Positions 37,119 to 47,318 are shown, counted from the stretch's first letter. The stretch is DNA of 64,000 nucleotides from Chthonomonadales bacterium (GCA_049967475.1 JBMFSQ010000012.1:1-64000), one strand, 5' to 3'. The notes: generated from the sequence alone by a model not told the origin. Program-made: numbers and translations.

Positions 37119-39839
37119 TCAGCTCCGGCCGGGCCGCGCCATCCACCCTTCAGCCCATCGTTCCACGAGCCGCCTTGAGCCTTCCACATACGCGGGAGAA
37201 GTTTGCAGGTACTCGAGCATCTGGAGATTCCGGCCCATGATATCGTACACGCGGGCAGAAGCCGGAGGCGGCGGTATTTTGATCGGCTGGCCGGCAGACC
37301 AAAGAAGGAATACCGCTCGATCCCGGCTGGCAAACTGAACTCCATAGCCATCTCTGCCGAACCGGCGCACAGGTCCGGCGTTCATCTCCGGAGTGATGTG
37401 TGCGTTGAATGCCGCAAGAGCAGGCAGCACTTTGCGCGGAGCCCCTGCTTCGTCAAATAGGGGACATTCCAAGCTGGGCTGGTTGGGTGGGCCGCTGGAA
37501 CCTGCGTGGATGAATATCTTCTTGACGCCGGACGCGAGCATGATGGCGGCAAAGCGCACGGTGTACTCCGCACACTCCCGCTCATCTTTGAGCAGGGAGG
37601 TCTCGGGGAAGTTGGCTGCATCGGGGATCCATGGGGTCCGGCCGGGGTCGTCGGCAGCGTAATAGCCGAATTCTGTAATCCAGATGGGTTTTCGCCCGCC
37701 ATGTTGGGCCATCAGATGCGCCAAATCCCGCATTTCGGGGAGGGTGCCCTCAGGAAGCCGCGTTCCCGGGTAGATATGCAGGTTCAGCACGTCCACGATG
37801 CGGCCGACACCTGCATCCATTTCTTCGCGCGTTAAGTGCTTCGGGCCGGAGGCGACCCCGCCGATCACCGTGCATCCCGGATCCGCCTCGCGCATGGCTG
37901 CGGCAGCGATCTCCAGTAGGTGGGCATAGTCCTGTACTGTGTACGGTTTGCCTCCGCCGCGGGCAGCACGAGCCGGCAGAGCGTAGTCTGTATAGACGGG
38001 TTCGTTCAAAAACTCCCACACCCGCACGTGCGGAGCGAAATGGCGGACCGTACGCCGCACGAACTCTGCAAGGAGACGTGGATCCCTGGGAGCATATGCG
38101 GCGCGCGCGCGCTCGGCCGGGTACCCCGCACCTCCGACGTTCGGAGGCGCCTCGGAGTTCCAATCGGCAGAAGGGAAGGGGGGAAGCAGACACACCACCG
38201 AACACCCTTCTCGGCCGAGGCGCTCCAGTTGCTCATCCGGTTGGCTGAAATCGTAATGACCCGGCTGCGGCTCTACATCGTTCCACTTGAGGGACCAGTC
38301 TCGGTACCACGAAATCCCGGCCTTCCGCGCAAGGCGAATGAGGAAGGCGTCCGCGAAGGCATGATTGAATCCGAAGATTGTGGACCGCACCGCACTTTTG
38401 GGAAGCACAGCGATGCGGAGATCGCGTTTGCCCCACGGACCAAGGGCGCTGAGGCGGAAATACCCGGTCCATCCCGCCGGAATGAGAATTTCTTTGGCGC
38501 AGCCTGCGTTCGCCGCCACCTGAATTGCAACCTGTGCAAGTGTGGTACGGCGGCCAAAAAAGTCCTCGGCCTGGATCGTTACCGGAATTCTGGTGCGCAC
38601 CGCAGTGTTGTTATGCACAACGAGGCGCACGGCATTCTTCAGCCCGAATCTGTAAACTCCTGCTGGGGCCTCTGGCTGCAGGGCGCCCTCGACTGCGTTA
38701 TGAGGTGTGTAGGGTGTTGCTTCGGTACCTGCCTCAAGCTGCACCCGGGCGATGTCCACGTCGGTTCGCTCGTCCTCACGAAGGTCCGGCCCGATCTCGA
38801 CGAACACGTAGGGCCGCGAGGGAATGAAGCGGTAAGTATACCGGTGCCACCGCAGCTCTGCCGACACGTGCGTTGAGCTGCTGACACGATCCCAGGGTCC
38901 TCGGGCCGGATCGCTCCCGACATACCCGAGCAGAACCGGCGTTCCGGCCACGCTTGCCCGCACGTCGCACGAGAGTACGTACGGCTTTCCGGGGACTACC
39001 GGGATCCATCCGAGGTTCGCGGCCAGGAGGCGGGTTTGAACCACGGCCGCCGGATGGAAATAGTCGAAATAGAGGATAGGGGTAATGCCGTGGCCCATGG
39101 GGATGCGCAGGAATTGCGGGTGCACCGGATCCCTGGACACGATTATGCGGCCGTACAGATGCGCCATGTGGCCCCAGCCGGCGGGGATGCCGTCCGTTGT
39201 CCATCCCCACGTGCCCAGGTTGAACGCCCCGTTGGGGAGGAGGTTCCGGGCAGCGGAGGCAGGAACTACGTGTGTGAACGACACCTTTTGTACGGGAACC
39301 TCCTCCAGGCGGACGTCCGCAAGGTACAGGGTTCCCGTTTCTGCGAACCAAAACTGGAGGCGGCTGGAACGACCCACGCTGCGTGTTGCGCGAAAAAGAA
39401 CGTGATAGGTTTGCCAGTTCGGACCCAGAGGCAGGTCCCGCGCCAGCCCGCAGTTCTCCCACGAGGAGGTGTCCGTGACGGCTACCGACACGGTGCGGCC
39501 TGCAATACCTTCCTCTCGAGCGCGGCACGTAAGTTCGTACAGGCGACCGGCTGTCAGGCGGACCGTGCCGACCTGGCCGATCATGGCATGAATGTCGCCC
39601 CCTTGGCCGTGGATGCTGCGGCATTGCAAACGTGCCACATACGATCCCCCTTCACGCACGACATCGAGCGTCTGATCTACGTGTTGGGTGTTGCCGTAAG
39701 CAAACCAGCCGGTAGGCCTCGACGCTTCAATCTCTTGAAAATCGCCATTGCGAACGAGGTTTCTTTGGCGCCCCGGAGATGCCGTGACAACCGCAAGCAA
39801 TATCGCCACGATAAGATGGACGGCCGATCGTGCTGCCAT
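37119..39839 (-). CDS. Secreted glycoside hydrolase: two CBM4/9-like domains plus GH39-like clan GH-A barrel
   Basis: Signal peptide; NLVRNGDF and NLLPNGAF CBM starts; WEFLNEP acid/base; NLHIY; PIWITEFG nucleophile; GGAGGG SD. Confidence 0.78.
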   Translation of the reverse strand: MAARSAVHLIVAILLAVVTASPGRQRNLVRNGDFQEIEASRPTGWFAYGNTQHVDQTLDVVREGGSYVARLQCRSIHGQGGDIHAMIGQVGTVRLTAGRLYELTCRAREEGIAGRTVSVAVTDTSSWENCGLARDLPLGPNWQTYHVLFRATRSVGRSSRLQFWFAETGTLYLADVRLEEVPVQKVSFTHVVPASAARNLLPNGAFNLGTWGWTTDGIPAGWGHMAHLYGRIIVSRDPVHPQFLRIPMGHGITPILYFDYFHPAAVVQTRLLAANLGWIPVVPGKPYVLSCDVRASVAGTPVLLGYVGSDPARGPWDRVSSSTHVSAELRWHRYTYRFIPSRPYVFVEIGPDLREDERTDVDIARVQLEAGTEATPYTPHNAVEGALQPEAPAGVYRFGLKNAVRLVVHNNTAVRTRIPVTIQAEDFFGRRTTLAQVAIQVAANAGCAKEILIPAGWTGYFRLSALGPWGKRDLRIAVLPKSAVRSTIFGFNHAFADAFLIRLARKAGISWYRDWSLKWNDVEPQPGHYDFSQPDEQLERLGREGCSVVCLLPPFPSADWNSEAPPNVGGAGYPAERARAAYAPRDPRLLAEFVRRTVRHFAPHVRVWEFLNEPVYTDYALPARAARGGGKPYTVQDYAHLLEIAAAAMREADPGCTVIGGVASGPKHLTREEMDAGVGRIVDVLNLHIYPGTRLPEGTLPEMRDLAHLMAQHGGRKPIWITEFGYYAADDPGRTPWIPDAANFPETSLLKDERECAEYTVRFAAIMLASGVKKIFIHAGSSGPPNQPSLECPLFDEAGAPRKVLPALAAFNAHITPEMNAGPVRRFGRDGYGVQFASRDRAVFLLWSAGQPIKIPPPPASARVYDIMGRNLQMLEYLQTSPAYVEGSRRLVERWAEGWMARPGRS

Positions 39840-39987
39840 TGCCTTCCCTCCAAGTTATCTGGTTCGCAGACTACGCCGTCCATTCCTGCACGACGGTTGG
39901 ATGGTACGGCAGAGGTTGTCGGCACCGTCGAGAAATACGGGGCCGCCCTCTCGATAAAGGAGAGCGGCCCCAAGCCTGGGTGGAGGG

Positions 39988-40203
39988 TTAGCGACCCGCG
40001 TTCTGTTGAACGCGCTGCATCTCACCCTGGAGATGTCCAAGAACCATATTCTTGATGTTGGGGGGCATCTTCGGGTCGTTGCGGACTTTGTCCATTTCGG
40101 CCTGAATTTGGGAGGGCGTCTTTGGTTTTGGCCCATCTTGGTGGCTGCAGCCGGCAGCGAAGAGGGCCAGGAGGCACGCTGCCGCAGCGGCTTGCTTCTT
40201 CAT
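39988..40203 (-). CDS. Small lipoprotein downstream of the prepilin-like gene
   Basis: MKKQ...LFAAGC lipobox; GAGGT SD; helical body QIQAEMDKVRNDPKMPPNIKNMVLGHLQ. Confidence 0.75.
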   Translation of the reverse strand: MKKQAAAAACLLALFAAGCSHQDGPKPKTPSQIQAEMDKVRNDPKMPPNIKNMVLGHLQGEMQRVQQNAGR

Positions 40204-40233
40204 GCTGGATACCTCGCACCGCACGGATGCGGC

Positions 40234-41073
40234 TCAGTTGTTGGGATACATGCTGCAGGGCGCGTTCCAAGAGGGATCATAGATCCAGTCTGTGGGACCG
40301 CACGAGTACCAGTTGTACATCCCAGGGAAGTGCACATTGACGCACCAATTCAGCCTCCCCTTTACCGCTGCCTTGGCGTGGCCATCCGTGTAGATGCAAT
40401 TCGCGGTACCGCTGTGGCGGTACCTGGGCATGAACGTATAGGGGAAGCCGTTGGTTTCCGCCGGCGCCGGCACGTTATCCTGATCGAACTGGGCTCCGGA
40501 GTTGGGGCCTTCCCAAACCGGCGGCCATTGGGCGCCTCCCCACCACCACCAGTCCTCAGTGAGACCCTGGAAGGATCCGTGGGCATTGACATCGAGGCCA
40601 GTTTCGGATGCGGCGATGACGTCGGCAACACGGGTGATCTGGGCTTGCGACACACTCGGCCACAGGGCGCCGTTGGCTAGTGTGGCACCAACGAGGATCC
40701 CACCGTGGCCCCCGATGCCGTTGACCGCGTTGGCCGGCGTGCTGGGACATCGCCACACGCCACCCACCACCACCTGCTGGTTGTCTTCCCCGATGGCCGC
40801 TGTTCCGTTCTTCACATAGGGGTTAACGATCGTGCGCCAGGTGAGGGGCTGTCCGTTGACGTAGTAGTAGCCGCGCGGAAAGACCTCGTCGTAGTCTTGC
40901 AGGTACATTATGAGGGCGGTGCCGATCTGCTTCATGTTGGAGAGGCAGGATATGGCGCGCGCCTTCTCTCGTGCCTGGGCGAAGACCGGGAAGAGAATAG
41001 CTGCCAGGATCGCGATGATCGCGATAACCACGAGCAGCTCGATGAGGGTGAAACCCGAGCGATTGCGGTACAT
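40234..41073 (-). CDS. Prepilin-type N-terminal cleavage/methylation protein with C-terminal H-X9-DG motif (DUF1559-like)
   Basis: [61 protein letters not shown] (H-X9-DG); AGGAG SD. Confidence 0.93.
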   Translation of the reverse strand: MYRNRSGFTLIELLVVIAIIAILAAILFPVFAQAREKARAISCLSNMKQIGTALIMYLQDYDEVFPRGYYYVNGQPLTWRTIVNPYVKNGTAAIGEDNQQVVVGGVWRCPSTPANAVNGIGGHGGILVGATLANGALWPSVSQAQITRVADVIAASETGLDVNAHGSFQGLTEDWWWWGGAQWPPVWEGPNSGAQFDQDNVPAPAETNGFPYTFMPRYRHSGTANCIYTDGHAKAAVKGRLNWCVNVHFPGMYNWYSCGPTDWIYDPSWNAPCSMYPNN

Positions 41074-41156
41074 CCCTATGCTCCTTTGTTCTAGGATTTG
41101 CCGGGTGCCGTGCCCCGGCGGATACGGCAGATGGAAAGAAGAATAACCGTTATCTA

Positions 41157-41172
41157 ATGCAATCGTATGCAT
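41157..41172. promoter_or_regulatory. Putative LacI-family operator upstream of the prepilin gene
   Basis: ATGCAATCGTATGCAT, a CG-centred palindrome; its reverse complement matches the site at 42319 at 14/16 positions. Confidence 0.65.
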
Positions 41173-41252
41173 GTCGTGCTGTTGCGACCAGCCTGTCTTT
41201 TTGCCCGAGTCTGCCTGCCGACGTTCCTGGGCATCCCGAAAAAGGAAAGTGC

Positions 41253-42260
41253 CTAAGTAGTCTCGCCGATATGAAGCGTCACCGGCATAGTCGTTACCGG
41301 CGGCACATTCTCGCCCTTTATGAGTTTGTGGATCACGTCAATCGCGGTTTCTGCTACTAAAGGCCATCCGGCCACTACAGTCGTCAGATCCTTCGCCATG
41401 ACACGGCGGTCCAGAAGGCCATCGAAGCCGACGATGGCAAGATCCTCTGGTACCCGAATGCCTCGGATGCGGCATGCATGCAGCAGGTCCAGGGCGGTTA
41501 CTTCGTTCCAGCAGCAGGCGGCGGTTGGCGGCGGGTTCATGGCCATCATCTGCTCGAGGGCCGGCGCGGTTATTTCGTATTCCACCAGCAGCCGGAGGGG
41601 CTCCCAGCCACGGAGCTCCATTTCGTGGCAATAAGCAGCTTCCCTCGCGCGAGCAGACGCCAAGGGAGTCGTAGGCGCCAGGAACGCGATGCGCGAATGA
41701 CCGCGAGCCTCTAGGTGCTCCACAGCCATCCGGATGCCTCCGCGGTCGTCACATACTACTGAGGGCATATCCGGAATGGCATCGGCCACGGCCACCACAG
41801 GAAGCTGCGAACGCTGAAGAAGCGGCACGAGGGGATCTTCGGCCGGGGAGTGAAGGACCAGGGCGTCAATCCGGCCGCACGTGAGTTCTGCAAGCTTTTG
41901 GATTGGGGTGACCTCGGGCTGGAAGTTGTGGAGGAGCAGAAAGTGCCCGCTGCGGGAACAACTGCTTTGAAGGCTGCCGATGATCTCTGCAAGAAAGGCA
42001 TTGCGCGCATCCAGATTGGCATAACAACTGCTGAAGCCCACCACGCGCGTCCGGCGCTCGCGCAGAGATCTGCCCACGGCATGGGGACGGTACGCGAGGC
42101 GCTCTGCTTCTTGAAGGATGCGCCTGCGTGTCTCCGCCGAATACTGGTAACCAGGCGCATTGCTGAGCACGCGGGACACTGTGGACTGCGACACGCCGAG
42201 TTTGGCTGCGATCTGCCTGGCTGTGGTGCGGCTTTCCGAGTTGTTTGTACGGTTACGCAT
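41253..42260 (-). CDS. LacI family transcriptional regulator
   Basis: [33 protein letters not shown] hinge; [13 protein letters not shown]. Confidence 0.95.
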   Translation of the reverse strand: MRNRTNNSESRTTARQIAAKLGVSQSTVSRVLSNAPGYQYSAETRRRILQEAERLAYRPHAVGRSLRERRTRVVGFSSCYANLDARNAFLAEIIGSLQSSCSRSGHFLLLHNFQPEVTPIQKLAELTCGRIDALVLHSPAEDPLVPLLQRSQLPVVAVADAIPDMPSVVCDDRGGIRMAVEHLEARGHSRIAFLAPTTPLASARAREAAYCHEMELRGWEPLRLLVEYEITAPALEQMMAMNPPPTAACCWNEVTALDLLHACRIRGIRVPEDLAIVGFDGLLDRRVMAKDLTTVVAGWPLVAETAIDVIHKLIKGENVPPVTTMPVTLHIGETT

Positions 42261-42270
42261 TCGAATGCAT
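42255..42270. promoter_or_regulatory. Putative LacI operator overlapping the lacI start codon
   Basis: ACGCATTCGAATGCAT, containing the perfect 12-bp palindrome GCATTCGAATGC. Confidence 0.5.
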
Positions 42271-42318
42271 CGCGCCGATAAAGGCCAAAGCCGCCCAGAT
42301 AAGGCTCCGCGTTGCAAA

Positions 42319-42334
42319 GTGCATACGAATGCAT
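42319..42334. promoter_or_regulatory. Putative LacI operator overlapping the -10/TSS of the lacI promoter
   Basis: GTGCATACGAATGCAT, a CG-centred palindrome. Confidence 0.65.
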
Positions 42335-42361
42335 TATAGCGCAGCCGTTTCCCGCTGTCAA
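42333..42361 (-). promoter_or_regulatory. Consensus sigma70 promoter for lacI
   Basis: Minus strand TTGACA-N17-TATAAT, an exact consensus. Confidence 0.85.
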
Positions 42362-42671
42362 TACCCACCACGGTCTGCCGTCGCGCACGGAGAAAGGCCT
42401 AGTCTGGCTGCTGAGCGTATTGGCCCACAGAAGCCTGAGTACGAGGATGTTGACATCTGCCCAAGTGCCGCCGCCGAGATTGGATCCCTATAAATGCGTG
42501 CAACGAAGGAAAGCCCACCATGTGTGGTTGCACGGTGCAGCATCGCCGCATTAAGCCTTGGAGGCGGATCTCCTTTATCCCCGGTGAAGAGGAATTTCGG
42601 GATCCGATCCGCGAAGTACCCTTGGAACCAACCGGAATGCTCTTGCCGGCCTCGGAAGGAAAGGATCAGGG

Positions 42672-45600
42672 ATGCGTACAGGGATCATCGCCGTTCTCGC
42701 AATGGCCACAGGGAGCGTCTCCATGGCACAGACAGTTTTGACCCAACCGGACCCTGCGGAGCACTCGGGGTCCCGGCCTTATGAGATGGTATGGGCCCAC
42801 CGAGTGGAAACCGCGCCGCCTACCGTAACATTCTTTGACCTCAACGGTTGGACGATGCGTGTGGAAGGCGGCGCCCAAGCCGAGCTGAGGCCCAGCAGAG
42901 CCCAGGATGTATGGGGGCGTCCCGTGGGCCGCCTCCGCTACCGGGGGGACGGCTCGCGGAGCTCGCAGCCGCGCATCCTTCTGATTCCGGCTTCGCCGAT
43001 CCCGCTGCCTCGAGATGCCGCCGGAAAGGTGGATTGTCTGGATATGTGGGTCTACGGCAACCGGTGGGATTGGGAGAACCCGCCGGACACCCCGCCCGTG
43101 CGCATCGTCCTGAACCTGCGTTCCGGCACCGGGGCAGACGTGCCGGTTGTGGTAGACACCATCCGCTGGAAAGAGTGGTGGCTCATGCACCGCAAACTTC
43201 CGGCCAACCTCACAGAGCCTGCATCCTTGATCTCCATCGAGGTAGACGGGGGATGGCAGCCGGAATGGCGGGAGCTGTATCTGGACTCGATCCGCTTCTA
43301 CCATGAGGTATTGGCGCCCCTCCACTTCGCGCCGAGGCCAAAGCGCAACATTGCCCTGTTCCCCGGCCAGTCCCCAGGGGGCAACATTGGCCCTGGCCGG
43401 CTTCCGTTCCCTACGCGGGAAGAAACGATCCTGCCCTTACAGCTCACCCATCCATGGCGGAACGCGGTCCAGCAGGACCGGGATGGGCAGGTTCACTTCA
43501 TATATGAGGGTTCAGACGGGCGCTTGGAGTATCGTTTCGATCCGAAGGGCGGCATGCCCAGTCTCGCAGTGTGGATGAACGGCATCAAGGTTGGCCGCTT
43601 GCTGGATGGAGGCGGCGTGGTACTCGACGGGGCATCGCGCCCCACTCCCGCGGTTTTGGTCCGATCGGTTCTTCGGGGATCCCGCCTCAAAGCAGTGTAC
43701 GCCGACGGAACGGAAGTCGCCCTGGCTATCCGGCAGAAATCCCTTCTGATGGACGTTGTGAACCGAACGGGTCGAGCCGCAGAGCTGACTTTCGGCTCGA
43801 TTACGGGTCTGCATCAGCCGCAAGCGCTGTATGTACCCCCGATCACCTATGGCAGCACCAACCCTAGCTTCCTGATGTGCCGGGTAGGAAAGCGGACCCT
43901 CTTTGCCTCCATCATGCCCGATTGGTACCGTTCGAACGGATCGGAACTTTACGGCGCCGAGTACGCCTCAGGAGATCGCGCCCGCATCAACGGAGGCATT
44001 CGATACATCGCCAAAACCGATGGCAGGCGGAACCCGCTGTTTGAGCGCATCTTCATTACCGTGTCGCCAAGGTTCGAAGAGGTTCTTCCGGTTGTGCCGA
44101 ACCCGGTGGGGTTGCATGCACGGATGGCGGTGGATCGCCTATGGCAGGAGTCGTGGGGTCCGTCGGATTATGCCGCGGAGATGCGGCGGAGCGAAATGCT
44201 TCGCAGCTACGGCATCGCGCGTCTCATTCAGTGCAATCACGAAATCGCCTGGCGCGACGGCGGTGAGAGCTTCACCCTGCGCGTGCATGCCGCCCCGGCG
44301 AAGGGTGGCGACAAGGCCTTGCAGAACTTCGTCGCGCATCAGAAGGCTTTGGGGTGGCTCAGCGGCCTATATACCAATTACACGGACTTTGCGCCGGTGA
44401 ATGAACACTGGACGCCGGACGGCGTGCAGCGCCTTCCCGATGGAGAATGGCGCCCAGCGTGGCCCAGGTGCTGGGCCGAAAAGCCCATGAAGGCCGTTGA
44501 GTTCGAGGCGCTCCTTGCGCCTGAAATCGAGAAGCGGTACCGCTCGAACAGCGCCTATACGGATGTAAGCACGGCCGTGGCTCCATGGGGGTATTGCGAT
44601 TATGATGCTCGGGTGCCTGGAGCCGGTACCTTTGCCCAAACCTTCTACTGCTACGGAGAACTCCTTCGGAATGATTCCAAAGTGTACCGGGGACCCATTT
44701 TCTCGGAGGGCACCTACCAATGGCTCTATGCCGGTCTCACCGACGGCAATTACGGACACACCTACAACGGCCGAAACCTCGCTACGGAGCCGCTCCTGCC
44801 CGTTTTCGATCTGTACCAGATCCATTCCAAGGAATGTGACATCGGCGTGAGTTGGACAAGCTTCTTTTGCGATGCCATTCCGAATTGGCAATCCCAGGAA
44901 AACATAGACCATGCCATTGACCGTTTTATCCTCACCACCATGGCGTACGGACACATCGGATGGCTGGTCGAAGAGGGACACGGTATCGGACGCACTTGCC
45001 GATCCTACTATATGCTCCAGCAGGTCCAGGCGCGCTATGGCCTACAAGTTCCGGTGCGCGTTGCCTATTGGGATGGAACAAGGCTTCGATCTGTGTCGCA
45101 AGCTCTGGTGCTTGGGCTTCCGGCATCCCGGCGGCAGCTCTATATAGAATATGCCAATGGTCTCAGGATGTGGCTGAACGACCATCCCACGAAGGATTGG
45201 GTGATCCACGCCGGTTCCCGCCGTCTGGTGCTGCCACCGGCCGGTTGGGCGGCTTATCAGCCCGCAAAAGGAGGCCACGCGCACGGCTTGTACACGTATT
45301 CGGCGCTCGTGGATGGCCATCGAGCGGATTACGTCACGAGCGACGCATATGTCTATCTCGATGGGCGCGGCCGATGGTTCTCAGCGACTGAGGCGGCATC
45401 CAGCGGCGCCCTGGCCATCCGAAAAACGGGGCCTCAATCACTTGAAGTAATCCACATAACCGGCGAGGATCGCTTCGTGGTGCGCCGACCCTACGGAGTG
45501 ACCGGATCCCTCGTAAAGTGCACCGTGTATGACGCAGCGGGCAAGAAGCTCGCCTCGCCCGTTGTTTACGATGCGGGGAGCAGTTCATGGATCACTCCCG

Positions 45601-46694
45601 TGCCCGGCGGCGTACGGTACGTCCTTACCTTTTCGGGTAAGCGGACCTGGTCTCTCGTACCTGGAGCCGAGGAGGCGGCTGCGGGAGCAACGGTTCCCGT
45701 GTTCGTGCGCGGCGCGCCAAAGGCTCGTATCGGCACAACGGCCGGGATCGTGCGGGACAAGGCAGTGATCCTTCCTACAGCCGTGGAACCCGGATCCGCG
45801 GTGACGGTGACCGCCCGGGTCGGCGGAGCAGAACGATCTGCAGTGATCCGAGTTTGTCCGCCGGTTGAATGGCAAGCATCTCTCATAAGCGTGGAACCCG
45901 AAGCAACCCTGTTGAGGCTTCTTCCTTCATGGCATCTGGCAGGGTTGCCGTTGGCAAAGTGCCGCATCGAGTTCGAACTACCCCAGGGATGGTCCGCAGA
46001 ACCCCAAAGTCTGGAGTTTAATGGAGACCGCCCTCCATCGGGAATATCCTTGAAGGTGTCGTCGTCTGCTCCGGCCGGGGCGCGAGGCGACCTTGTAGTA
46101 ACCGTTCGAGGAATGGGGTGGAGGCATGTGTGGCGGCAGCCGCTGGAGCGCGCCGAGGAGCGTCCCATTCTTGCGGACGTGCGGCAGCTTTTGGCAGGTT
46201 GGGGAATTGCCCGGCGAGGTGATCCTGAAAGCACGGATGTGGCCGGCTCTGGGGCAACCTGCGCCGTTCAGGACGACCTGCCGGTAGGCGGGCAAAGCCG
46301 CAAAGGCATTTTTATGCATCCCCCATACCAGGGCGGGGTCGGGTACACCTGGGCGGAGCTGAAGTCCGTGCGTTTGCCCAACGGTCCGTGCGCATTCCAC
46401 TCGTTCATTGGCCTGAAGGACGGCGGAGATCCCAGCGACGGCGTTCTGTTCAGCGTGGAGCTGGTGGACGCCAAGGGTAGCCGCCATGTCCTTGCATCCC
46501 GCATGGGATACCAAAAGAAGTGGGAAGAACTTTCAGCGGACCTTTCGGCCTATGCCGGCCGGGAGGTACGGTTGCGGCTGATCGCAGACGTGGGTCCGGC
46601 GGACAATTCAACGGCGGATTGGGCCTGTTGGGGTGACCCTGTGATCCGCCGCTCTACCCTGAGTGTGGTAACGCGTCCAGCGTCTCATCCGTGA
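42672..46694 (+). CDS. Very large secreted putative glycoside hydrolase (GH101/GH129-like barrel) with C-terminal NPCBM-like module
   Basis: Signal peptide (SMA-Q); LYTNYTD, AYTDV and SEG motifs; C-terminal GIFMHP...FIGLKDG...SDGVLFSV...WACWGDP; AAGGA SD. Confidence 0.6.
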   Translation: MRTGIIAVLAMATGSVSMAQTVLTQPDPAEHSGSRPYEMVWAHRVETAPPTVTFFDLNGWTMRVEGGAQAELRPSRAQDVWGRPVGRLRYRGDGSRSSQPRILLIPASPIPLPRDAAGKVDCLDMWVYGNRWDWENPPDTPPVRIVLNLRSGTGADVPVVVDTIRWKEWWLMHRKLPANLTEPASLISIEVDGGWQPEWRELYLDSIRFYHEVLAPLHFAPRPKRNIALFPGQSPGGNIGPGRLPFPTREETILPLQLTHPWRNAVQQDRDGQVHFIYEGSDGRLEYRFDPKGGMPSLAVWMNGIKVGRLLDGGGVVLDGASRPTPAVLVRSVLRGSRLKAVYADGTEVALAIRQKSLLMDVVNRTGRAAELTFGSITGLHQPQALYVPPITYGSTNPSFLMCRVGKRTLFASIMPDWYRSNGSELYGAEYASGDRARINGGIRYIAKTDGRRNPLFERIFITVSPRFEEVLPVVPNPVGLHARMAVDRLWQESWGPSDYAAEMRRSEMLRSYGIARLIQCNHEIAWRDGGESFTLRVHAAPAKGGDKALQNFVAHQKALGWLSGLYTNYTDFAPVNEHWTPDGVQRLPDGEWRPAWPRCWAEKPMKAVEFEALLAPEIEKRYRSNSAYTDVSTAVAPWGYCDYDARVPGAGTFAQTFYCYGELLRNDSKVYRGPIFSEGTYQWLYAGLTDGNYGHTYNGRNLATEPLLPVFDLYQIHSKECDIGVSWTSFFCDAIPNWQSQENIDHAIDRFILTTMAYGHIGWLVEEGHGIGRTCRSYYMLQQVQARYGLQVPVRVAYWDGTRLRSVSQALVLGLPASRRQLYIEYANGLRMWLNDHPTKDWVIHAGSRRLVLPPAGWAAYQPAKGGHAHGLYTYSALVDGHRADYVTSDAYVYLDGRGRWFSATEAASSGALAIRKTGPQSLEVIHITGEDRFVVRRPYGVTGSLVKCTVYDAAGKKLASPVVYDAGSSSWITPVPGGVRYVLTFSGKRTWSLVPGAEEAAAGATVPVFVRGAPKARIGTTAGIVRDKAVILPTAVEPGSAVTVTARVGGAERSAVIRVCPPVEWQASLISVEPEATLLRLLPSWHLAGLPLAKCRIEFELPQGWSAEPQSLEFNGDRPPSGISLKVSSSAPAGARGDLVVTVRGMGWRHVWRQPLERAEERPILADVRQLLAGWGIARRGDPESTDVAGSGATCAVQDDLPVGGQSRKGIFMHPPYQGGVGYTWAELKSVRLPNGPCAFHSFIGLKDGGDPSDGVLFSVELVDAKGSRHVLASRMGYQKKWEELSADLSAYAGREVRLRLIADVGPADNSTADWACWGDPVIRRSTLSVVTRPASHP

Positions 46695-46910
46695 AGCGCC
46701 GAGCCTGGCCTTGGGGCGCCCTGGAGGATCTGTGGCGTGCCTCAACGGATGCCGGTTTTCGCAACCTCGGCCGCATCGGGAGCCGCGTGAGAGGATGATC
46801 ACGGATGAGGGGAAAGGGCAGGACTGTTACAAGTGCGCCGGCGCGTGCGGGAAGGCGTGGGCCGCTCGATACGCAAACCGCCAGGCACCCTGGCATTCAA
46901 AGGGTGGAGG

Positions 46911-47231
46911 CTACTCTACTTCGGGCTTCTGAGGCAGCCGGTCTAGTGCCTCGAGTTCATAGTGGAAGTTCACCATCTCTTCAATGGTGATCTGGCCCAG
47001 GGCATCGAAGCGGGCCTTCTCTTCGGGAGTGATCTCCGACACTTTGTCCTCTAGGAGGGCATCGCTCCAGTCTTCCTGTTTTATGAAGTGCTCGCCGAGC
47101 TTCTTGCACCGTGAGCAGCGGAACTTGATGTACACGTAACTTGGGCCGAATTGGCGAACGTAGTACCCCTGTTGCATAATGTCCCGGGAGAAGATGCGCT
47201 GGCCGCAATGGCATCTGAGAGTAGTCTTCAT
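46911..47231 (-). CDS. Small hypothetical zinc-ribbon protein
   Basis: CHC...CSRC motif and protein-like composition; GGAGG SD; own extended -10 promoter. Confidence 0.75.
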   Translation of the reverse strand: MKTTLRCHCGQRIFSRDIMQQGYYVRQFGPSYVYIKFRCSRCKKLGEHFIKQEDWSDALLEDKVSEITPEEKARFDALGQITIEEMVNFHYELEALDRLPQKPEVE

Positions 47232-47288
47232 TCTGCCGCTGCCTCCGGAAAAGGCGTGTCTGTAACGGGGCGGAGCCCCCGCAGGTTG

Positions 47289-47297
47289 ATTATACCA
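47289..47297 (-). promoter_or_regulatory. Extended -10 promoter (TGGTATAAT) for the zinc-ribbon gene
   Basis: Minus strand TGTGGTATAAT ending 58 nt upstream of ATG 47231. Confidence 0.65.
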
Positions 47298-47318
47298 CAG
47301 TTGATCTGAAGCTGCTCC

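Noticed and set aside
42449..42494. TTGACA and TATAAA as a promoter for the 1340-aa gene
   Set aside because: Spacing of over 30 nt is incompatible with sigma70
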